The notes beneath the pieces were generated by a model. The model had not been told where the DNA came from, ran no database searches, and saw only the letters and a program-made list of their open reading frames with translations. A DNA stretch of 32,000 nt from Canicola haemoglobinophilus (GTDB lineage: Bacteria; Pseudomonadota; Gammaproteobacteria; Enterobacterales; Pasteurellaceae), in the NCBI RefSeq assembly GCF_002015075.1, contig NZ_MUXZ01000051.1, forward strand, positions 1 through 32,000. The letters are read 5' to 3'. How positions within the stretch are numbered: position 1 is the first letter of the stretch; each line of letters opens with the position of its first letter. The translations under genes were made by a program, and so were the position numbers. This document shows positions 20,986-28,001 of this stretch, piece by piece.

Positions 20986-21223
20986 TGCTATAAGTGTTAT
21001 TCCCACTCGATATGTCCATTGATATTATTTTGTATAAATGGCATAAAATCAATGTTTTTGTTATCAGCTTTAGCCTTATTATCCGTTTTATTTCTGTTTA
21101 TCCGTTTTTTTGCAAGCATATTGCAAGCACAAGCATATTAACTTTTATAAAACTTACTTTTTATGTTTTAATACATAAATATTTTGTATATAACTTAACT
21201 CTAATAAATCAGCTATCTTATGA

Positions 21224-22396
21224 TTATAAATAATCAATTGTGTTCATAAAATTAAGTATTAATTCTGTAGTATTTATATGATTTTCATTTAATATTTCGA
21301 CAATATCTCTACCAGAAATAATAATTACAGGATGACCATCTTCCAACAATTCTTTATACGCTTGTTCAGAAACATACGATGTCGTAACAAAAATGCCAAA
21401 ATCTCGATATTTTAATCTAGATACTAGTCTGGATAATAATTTTACACCATTAGAATTGTCTCTTTGATAACACTTTGCTTCCAATGCACATCGTAACTTT
21501 ATAGAATTATTTTTATGTCCTAATTTATATTCACCTATAGCATCTATCCCTCCATCTCTCACCGCCCTTGTAATATTGAAATTCAAAAAATGATTATCCA
21601 TTAATCCAACTAACTTAGCCGCAAAAAACTCGAATTTATAAGGCTCATTTTTATAGTATTGATATATGATCTCTAATCTTTTTAACTCTTCATCTGTTGA
21701 CGGAAGTTGTTCAATCTTTGTTCTATATTCTTTTGTTTTCGGTGCTCTTAAAATAATATCTTCTGTTAATCCTTCCTTAACATACTTAATCCAAGCTTTA
21801 GGAGCATATTCCTTATTTAAATAATCTCCATCTACTAAACAATTAAGCCATTCTTTACTTATAGATTTGGTGTTTAAAATTGTAAAATGAGCTTCATAAT
21901 TTATAAATCGCTCTCCATTAGAAGTCCTCCAAATAGCTTTGAGAGAATTATCTCTGCCAAGATGATAGTCTTCTGGAACAGCTAAACCTAAAAATTTAAC
22001 ACTTCTATTACTAGTTATAGTAGGTTTTTTCATAAAGATAAAAATTGGTGGAATTTTGTTACGATCTTTTTCATTAAATATATTCTCTAATATTAAATTA
22101 CCCTTTTTAGAATCAACCTTATATCCAGGACTTTTATTATCACCATAATATTTAAATTTACCCATTTCCTGTTCTAATGTGTCCGGCCAATCTATATCTT
22201 CATTGGATGTATATAAAACTATATAAGCTTTATCTTTTGAGTTTAATACATTTTTAAATCTAAAACCTCCAGAATTTTGTACATTCATTAACTTAGTTAA
22301 TACCTCATCTGATATATTACCGTTATTCCCACCTTCATAAACTTCATCTATAACTAAATCTACTCCTGATTTACATATTTCTTCAAATAAAACCAT
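21224..22396 (-). CDS. Mrr-type PD-(D/E)xK restriction endonuclease with an SRA/PUA-like N-terminal domain
   Basis: The C-terminal ~130 aa has the Mrr_cat pattern (RDGGIDAIGEY...LRCALEAKCY...GVKLLSRLVSRL...FGIFVTTSYVSEQAY). The N-terminal part (GGFRF...AYIVLYTSNEDIDWPD...GKFKYYGDNK...KKGNLILENIF) resembles the SRA-type signature (hhLsGgyeDD.D.G..f.YtGsGG...GN.aL). SD AGGGAGA. Confidence 0.7.
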   Translation of the reverse strand: MVLFEEICKSGVDLVIDEVYEGGNNGNISDEVLTKLMNVQNSGGFRFKNVLNSKDKAYIVLYTSNEDIDWPDTLEQEMGKFKYYGDNKSPGYKVDSKKGNLILENIFNEKDRNKIPPIFIFMKKPTITSNRSVKFLGLAVPEDYHLGRDNSLKAIWRTSNGERFINYEAHFTILNTKSISKEWLNCLVDGDYLNKEYAPKAWIKYVKEGLTEDIILRAPKTKEYRTKIEQLPSTDEELKRLEIIYQYYKNEPYKFEFFAAKLVGLMDNHFLNFNITRAVRDGGIDAIGEYKLGHKNNSIKLRCALEAKCYQRDNSNGVKLLSRLVSRLKYRDFGIFVTTSYVSEQAYKELLEDGHPVIIISGRDIVEILNENHINTTELILNFMNTIDYL

Positions 22397-22418
22397 CTAT
22401 TCTCCCTTAACATTATAT

Positions 22419-23684
22419 TTAATAATCGAACTCATCCATATTATCCTTTTTTAAAAATTCCAACATTGCTGATGCTATTTTAAGAGATAATATAGGAGGA
22501 ACTGCATTACCTATTTGCTTAAATGCGGCTGTTCGTGAATGTTCAAAATAAAAATCATCTGGAAATCCTTGTATTCTTGCTGCTTCTCGCACTGTAATAG
22601 AACGATTTTGTCTTAAATCTGGATGGATATAATAATGTCCATCCTTTGATATATGGGCGACAATCGTATGACTTATGGAATCATAATCTAATGCTTTATA
22701 TCTGTCTAAAAAAGAAGTTATATTAGAATGTGTTTGAAGATCTATTGGTATATCAGTATATTTTAAATTACACCCTTTTTTTCTAGCTTTTAATACTAAC
22801 TTATATATCTTCAAGTCATTCTCATTATGAGGTCTTGCAATATGCTGAGTCAAAATATCTTCTTTGTTACGAATATATTTTTCAACAAAACTACTTGAAC
22901 ATTCACAACGATATTTATTAGCATCTTTTCCTGCTTTTATACTTGGTAGATCGTTAAATAACTCTTTTAATTTCGGAGCATTCTCTACATACTCATACAA
23001 GTAGTCAAAGAAAGACTTTTTTAACACCAAATCTTTTCTATAACCTACAAGGATTAGCCTCTCCCTCTTTTGCGACACCCCAAAATCACTAGCATCCACT
23101 ATTTTATAGTTGACCACATATCCAAGTTCATTAAACTCTCCAATTATTTTAGGTAGCAATAAGTCACCAGATAAATCCTTAAATGAGAGCAATCCTTTAA
23201 CATTCTCAAATACAAAGAATTTAGGATTATATCTATCTAAAAAATCTAAATAATGTTTATATAAGTAAATTCTTTTATCTGTTGACTTCTTAGCCTTATT
23301 GTTTGCTCTACCAATAGTAGAATACGCCTGACAAGGTGGTCCGCCTATGATTCCATCTAATTCTTTATCCCCCAATCGTTCGTCTATATATTCAAATATT
23401 GAGGGTATAGTGTCTTTGCTGATTTCTTCATTTAAAATATTCTTAGTCACATCACTCGGTACTAAGGAGCATAAATCATCTCTTGAAATATCGCCTTGTA
23501 AATACTCAAAATAAGGAGAGAGGTTATTTTCATTTTTTAAATAATAGTATACATTTCTTAACTCTAGTGAAGAGCAGGCATCTTTGTCCATCTCAACATG
23601 ACAAATAAAATCATAATAATCCTTATATCTAAAGCCTTCGGTTAATCCGCCAGCTCCTGAAAATAAATCCAGAATATTTAACAT
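22419..23684 (-). CDS. DNA (cytosine-5)-methyltransferase, second copy, specificity unknown
   Basis: Motif I DLFSGAGG, IV GGPPCQAYS, VI ENV, VIII QKRER, then [13 protein letters not shown] and X GNAVPP. Start set at ATG 23684, preceded by GGGAGGTG. The ORF-track TTG is at 23702. Confidence 0.93.
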   Translation of the reverse strand: MLNILDLFSGAGGLTEGFRYKDYYDFICHVEMDKDACSSLELRNVYYYLKNENNLSPYFEYLQGDISRDDLCSLVPSDVTKNILNEEISKDTIPSIFEYIDERLGDKELDGIIGGPPCQAYSTIGRANNKAKKSTDKRIYLYKHYLDFLDRYNPKFFVFENVKGLLSFKDLSGDLLLPKIIGEFNELGYVVNYKIVDASDFGVSQKRERLILVGYRKDLVLKKSFFDYLYEYVENAPKLKELFNDLPSIKAGKDANKYRCECSSSFVEKYIRNKEDILTQHIARPHNENDLKIYKLVLKARKKGCNLKYTDIPIDLQTHSNITSFLDRYKALDYDSISHTIVAHISKDGHYYIHPDLRQNRSITVREAARIQGFPDDFYFEHSRTAAFKQIGNAVPPILSLKIASAMLEFLKKDNMDEFDY

Positions 23685-23708
23685 AACCGCACCTCCCTTC
23701 AATTTATA

Positions 23709-25634
23709 TTATTTTTCTGTAGTCTCACTGGGATTATAAATACTCTCTATTTCTTGATACTTCGCAATATAATCTTTATTATACTGCTTTGCCTGTTGCA
23801 ATAAGTCTGAATACGACTTAATACACAACTTATTTGTATCTTCCAAAGATGAATAGAAGTCTTTTGTTTCTTCATCCATCTCAAAACTATCTGATATTAA
23901 GAATGTTTTCACACCATTAGCAATGCTTTCTTTATGATTTTTTAACAAAAATCTTTCGTACTCCCTAGCCTGTCTGATTTCTTTTAGTGAAATTTTGATT
24001 CTCGGTCTCTTCAATTCAATTATTATTAATTCACCATTTACTAAATTGCAAAGAAAATCTAATCTCCTATTTCTCTCTTCTAATTCATTATCAGGAAAAT
24101 TTTCTTTTAGTATTCTCTTAAATGTTAATTCTCTTTCAAATGTAGTTATTCTTGGATCTAATATCCAAGGGAATTTTTCTAAAAACGGTTGAATAACCTT
24201 TGTTTCACTAGCATCATTTTTTACATATCTTTCAAATTGCTCAATTGCCTTAATACGCCCTATTGATATTTTAGCCAATTCTTTTGATTCTATATATTCC
24301 CAATCTGCAGTTATTTTTTCAACTTTATCGACAGTCAAATCTTCATCATCTAACTCAGCTATATAGTTTTGAAAACTTTCAAATTTATACAGAGTCTTCA
24401 TGCTATCTAATATTCTTTTTAAAGATTCAATATTGTCTGTCTCTATGGAATTGGCAAGCATGGTATCTTTCACCTTATTTATGCTAGATATTTCAAGTTT
24501 AGTCATCCCTTCGTAAAAATCTTCAGGAAGCTGCAACTGTTCCTCTTTTTTCTTTTTTCTACTATTCCTCCACATAGCAGATACTTTTGAAACTAATTTA
24601 TTCAAATCATGTTTTAGTTGAACGGTATTATCATTTTCTTCCCACAAAATAGATTGCCTAGCTGTCGATATATAATCTGCTTCATCCGAATCATCTATAA
24701 AATCAATATTAAAAAATCCTGTCACATAACTATTAAACCTATCATTGGCTCTATCATCAAAGAATACATTTTCTGAAGCCAATTTGCTTCTGACATATAG
24801 TAAAAATCCACTATCTTTTTTTCTTAATGGTGTTGATTTAGTATAAATCTTTCCAGTAACTAAATTTTCATTCAATCTCCTAAACTCTTCAATACTATCA
24901 AGTTCATCAACAAAATCTTCTGGAAATGACCATTCAAATTCCTTGTCCAATCTGTCAAAATAGATGGATTTAGAAATTGGTTGCTCATTTGACGAGTTTT
25001 CATCAATAATTTTAACTTCAAAATCAGAATCGTAAAATGAAAATCGTCTAGACAAGTTATACGCTAGATCATCAATACTCATTATGCTTTTTTGCTTAAT
25101 TTCTTTAATATTGACAACTGTTCCAGATTTTTCGTTTGTATGCTCATTTTCACAAATACTATTAGGTCTATATTCTGTATCAGTTTCAGCTTTCATATCA
25201 TCATAATTTATACTGAATGCATTTTTCACTCCATCCTTAATAGAAGTAACTTCTATAGTATTTGCAATTCCAAATACTGCTAATTTGCCTAATCCTTTTT
25301 TTCCTGTTACTTTTCTATTTTTCCCTTTTGATAGACCTGTCCCTTCCGCTTTTCTTCTATTTCTGCCAATCACCAAAAAATTTTGATTCAATTCATCATG
25401 AGTCATACCCGTTCCGTTATCAATTACAGTAACTATTTTTTTGTCATAATTGATTCTTATTTCAACATTTTCAGCATCCGCATCATAAGAGTTTGAGATC
25501 AATTCTGCGATAACAGGAGGAAATGTACTATACAATTTAATTCCTAAGTGGTCTATTGTGTTCCTATCAAATTTTATGCTAAATCCATTATTTTCCATAA
25601 ATATACTATCTGATAAAGCTATCAGATCCTCCAT
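23709..25634 (-). CDS. GHKL (MORC/paraMORC-like) ATPase fused to a C-terminal Shedu/DUF4263-like PD-(D/E)xK nuclease
   Basis: Bergerat-fold motifs: N box ELISNSYDA, G1 DNGTGM, G2 GKKGLGKLAVFG. The C-terminus has VIQPFLEKFPWILDP...RRLDFLC...GELIIIELKRP...QAREY, that is a D...ExK nuclease core. Start is ambiguous among ATG 25634 (2 nt after the upstream stop), ATG 25646 and TTG 25652. Confidence 0.8.
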   Translation of the reverse strand: MEDLIALSDSIFMENNGFSIKFDRNTIDHLGIKLYSTFPPVIAELISNSYDADAENVEIRINYDKKIVTVIDNGTGMTHDELNQNFLVIGRNRRKAEGTGLSKGKNRKVTGKKGLGKLAVFGIANTIEVTSIKDGVKNAFSINYDDMKAETDTEYRPNSICENEHTNEKSGTVVNIKEIKQKSIMSIDDLAYNLSRRFSFYDSDFEVKIIDENSSNEQPISKSIYFDRLDKEFEWSFPEDFVDELDSIEEFRRLNENLVTGKIYTKSTPLRKKDSGFLLYVRSKLASENVFFDDRANDRFNSYVTGFFNIDFIDDSDEADYISTARQSILWEENDNTVQLKHDLNKLVSKVSAMWRNSRKKKKEEQLQLPEDFYEGMTKLEISSINKVKDTMLANSIETDNIESLKRILDSMKTLYKFESFQNYIAELDDEDLTVDKVEKITADWEYIESKELAKISIGRIKAIEQFERYVKNDASETKVIQPFLEKFPWILDPRITTFERELTFKRILKENFPDNELEERNRRLDFLCNLVNGELIIIELKRPRIKISLKEIRQAREYERFLLKNHKESIANGVKTFLISDSFEMDEETKDFYSSLEDTNKLCIKSYSDLLQQAKQYNKDYIAKYQEIESIYNPSETTEK

Positions 25635-25636
25635 TC

Positions 25637-26593
25637 CTATTTCCATCTGCAATCTATCGAAATGATAGTTGTTGGCATACCTATTATTTGTATATCAAAC
25701 TTCAGGCTAGGTTCGACCTTTGTAGATGCATTGTGAATTCTAAAGCTGAATTGCCAACCGCCATCAAGATATAATTCCAAAGTATTTTTACTGCTTGGTT
25801 TATAATCTAAACTTACAATTCGTGTTGGAAGTGTTGATATTGGTAATTCAATGCTTCTCTTTTTCTTATTCCCTTGCTTATTTAAAGTGCCTCTTAAATT
25901 ATAACTTTGAATTTGAGTTATTCGTTTGCTATCAATTCCAATAACTTTATAAAAATCAAATTCTCCAAGTAAATACTCCACCATAAGTCTAGGAATATCT
26001 TTACCAAACAAGCAATTTTGTCTCTCTAATTCCCCTTTAAATGCATTTAACAGTGGAACATATACATCATCTTCTTTATTAGGTAAATCACTCCACTTAG
26101 AGTCCTTTTGTTTCTCAACATCAAGATATTCAAATATAGGTTTAATCTCTTCCCAATATTGTTCGGAGCAATCTACCCCATACCATTTTCTACCAAAATC
26201 TAAGTTCTTTGACAGCCTACTATGCTTAACAGCAAAATGATTATGCTTAACACTTAAACCTATTTCCCATTCAATCCCTCGTCTAATAATCAAGACATCT
26301 CTTACATCGCCTTCCTTACCTTTATCATCCGATTGAATTTTTAGTTCAAGCTCATCGTCTCCATCATCTAAAATCAAAGGTTCAAGGTCAAATATAGTGT
26401 TGACTCCTGCCAAGGCACTAACTTTATATATTGTCTTTTCAGAGTCAGTTAAAGTATTCCATGCTCTTTCTGCTGCAAAGTAACTACTGTTTTCTTCTAT
26501 CTTTGCTGGTCTTGTTTTAGATATTTCTTCAAATAATGTAATTAAATAGGAGAACTCATATGCTCTTCCTTGATTATTACTTTTATTGCTCAT
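25637..26593 (-). CDS. Type II restriction endonuclease, HaeIII-like (probable GGCC)
   Basis: It lies immediately downstream of the M.HaeIII-like gene (13-nt gap, SD GGAGGT). The N-terminus MSNKSNNQGRAYEF and the core GDVRDVLII...IGLSVKHNH.AVKHSRLS fit my recollection of the HaeIII REase family and a D...(S/E)xK nuclease core. Not verifiable here. Confidence 0.7.
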   Translation of the reverse strand: MSNKSNNQGRAYEFSYLITLFEEISKTRPAKIEENSSYFAAERAWNTLTDSEKTIYKVSALAGVNTIFDLEPLILDDGDDELELKIQSDDKGKEGDVRDVLIIRRGIEWEIGLSVKHNHFAVKHSRLSKNLDFGRKWYGVDCSEQYWEEIKPIFEYLDVEKQKDSKWSDLPNKEDDVYVPLLNAFKGELERQNCLFGKDIPRLMVEYLLGEFDFYKVIGIDSKRITQIQSYNLRGTLNKQGNKKKRSIELPISTLPTRIVSLDYKPSSKNTLELYLDGGWQFSFRIHNASTKVEPSLKFDIQIIGMPTTIISIDCRWK

Positions 26594-26606
26594 GACTAAC
26601 CTCCAA

Positions 26607-27629
26607 TTAATTATCTGTACCAGTTTTTAATAGATTACTATTTACACTTGAATTATCTAAAGCAGATGAAATTGCTTTAGCCATTTCAAATGCAAGATTT
26701 ACTGGCACAGCATTACCAATCATTTTATAGGCATCATTTAAATTCGTATAATAGAATTTAAAATCATCTGGAAACCCTTGTATTCTTGCACACTCTCTCA
26801 CTGTTAATCTTCTGTATAGTGCTTCCTTACCAGGTTCGAATATATTTTTATTTTTTTCTACTTTAGGCATCACTGGTGCTTGTGGATGTAGCTGACATTG
26901 TCTTCCTGAAGCTTGAACTGTAAATGCCTGCTCATCCCATCGTCTAACTCTATTTCTACTCATAAAAATAGGTGAGTACGCACCGACAAAGTATTCATGA
27001 TTCATAACTTTGCAATTATTACCATTAGTTTTATTTTTCTCTAATGCCGGTATTGCAGAATCTTTCAAGTCCAAAATAGCATCTTTAAAAGTTAATTTGT
27101 TTTTATATGGTTTGGGTGGTTCAAATTTAACCTTCAAATCTTTCCTAAATCCTACATAAAAAACTCTTTTTCTATCTTGTGGAACACCATAGTCACTTGC
27201 ATTTAACAAGTGAATAAAGACATCATAACCAGCTTCTTCAAATTGAGAAACTATATTCTCAACGGCATCATTATGTCGTCTTGCCATCATCCCCTTAACA
27301 TTTTCGGCAAGGAAAAACTTAGGGTTTTTATCCTTCAAAATACGTATATACTGATAAAATAATTGCCCTCGCGGGTCATTGATCCCCTTTAAAGAACCTG
27401 CTTCACTCCATGATTGACATGGCGGTCCTCCTATAATTCCATCACAGTCAGGGAACATATCTGAAGGAATTCTACAAATATCTCCTTTTATAAGTTTAGT
27501 TTTATGATTTTTTTCATATGTTTCCCATATCGTTTTATCATATTCGTTTGCCGCAACCACATTAAATCCAGCTCTTTCAAAACCTAAATCTAATCCACCA
27601 GCTCCCGAAAACAAGCTAACTAAATTCAT
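26607..27629 (-). CDS. DNA (cytosine-5)-methyltransferase, M.HaeIII-like (probable GGCC)
   Basis: All ten C5-MTase motifs are present ([54 protein letters not shown]). The variable region [18 protein letters not shown] and long collinear stretches match the M.HaeIII sequence as I remember it. SD GGAGGT. Confidence 0.92.
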   Translation of the reverse strand: MNLVSLFSGAGGLDLGFERAGFNVVAANEYDKTIWETYEKNHKTKLIKGDICRIPSDMFPDCDGIIGGPPCQSWSEAGSLKGINDPRGQLFYQYIRILKDKNPKFFLAENVKGMMARRHNDAVENIVSQFEEAGYDVFIHLLNASDYGVPQDRKRVFYVGFRKDLKVKFEPPKPYKNKLTFKDAILDLKDSAIPALEKNKTNGNNCKVMNHEYFVGAYSPIFMSRNRVRRWDEQAFTVQASGRQCQLHPQAPVMPKVEKNKNIFEPGKEALYRRLTVRECARIQGFPDDFKFYYTNLNDAYKMIGNAVPVNLAFEMAKAISSALDNSSVNSNLLKTGTDN

Positions 27630-27630
27630 C

Positions 27631-27852
27631 TTATATTACCTCCGAAGAATCATTAACACATTCTACAATCTCTGAAATATCACATTCCAATACATTACAT
27701 ATTCTAAGTAATACATCAGTGGTTACATTTTCACCATTTTTTATCTTGTAAAATGTACTTCTACTCACTTTAGCTTTATCCATAAGCTCTGTATTCTTCA
27801 TTTCTATATCTATCAATCTTTTGAATAATTTTTTATAGCTAAGTTTTGACAT
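27631..27852 (-). CDS. Small Cro/C1 (XRE)-type HTH regulator, possible RM controller protein
   Basis: 73 aa with [33 protein letters not shown]. The stop is 1 nt from the MTase start. SD GGAGGA. First gene of the operon. Confidence 0.75.
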   Translation of the reverse strand: MSKLSYKKLFKRLIDIEMKNTELMDKAKVSRSTFYKIKNGENVTTDVLLRICNVLECDISEIVECVNDSSEVI

Positions 27853-27895
27853 GATTATCCTCCAGTCCTATCCGTCTTAATATCATATCATTTCT

Positions 27896-27904
27896 ATTAT
27901 ACCA
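27896..27904 (-). promoter_or_regulatory. Candidate extended -10 promoter of the defence operon
   Basis: The minus strand reads TGGTATAAT (TGn plus a perfect TATAAT) about 44 nt upstream of the HTH ATG. No convincing -35. Confidence 0.4.
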
Positions 27905-28001
27905 TATAAATCAAACTTATAACAGTATTATATTCCGTTTTCTCAAACACAATGACACAAAGACTAATCGGTGCAGTCCTAAAACCACACCGACCATAAA
28001 A

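Noticed and set aside
20914-21233. Plus-strand ORFs 20914-21141 (75 aa) and 20994-21233 (79 aa)
   Set aside because: They are hydrophobic, low-complexity translations of AT-rich junction DNA. They overlap each other and the hairpin and have no SD. I treat the interval as non-coding junction sequence.
23685-23693. Near-USS accgcacct in the island, with another, aagtgcggg, at 28300-28308
   Set aside because: Both are 8/9 matches only. One overlaps the SD/start region of the second MTase by chance (GGAGGTGCGGT). They are not counted as USSs.
24541-24560. Short T6 homopolymer runs in the GHKL gene as a possible phase-variation tract
   Set aside because: The runs are too short for slipped-strand switching and simply encode the KKKK segment. 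I saw no tetranucleotide or long homopolymer repeats anywhere in the window.
23995-25283. Plus-strand ORFs 23995-24192, 24284-24487 and 25092-25283
   Set aside because: They are antisense to the GHKL-nuclease gene and are AT-rich shadow ORFs.
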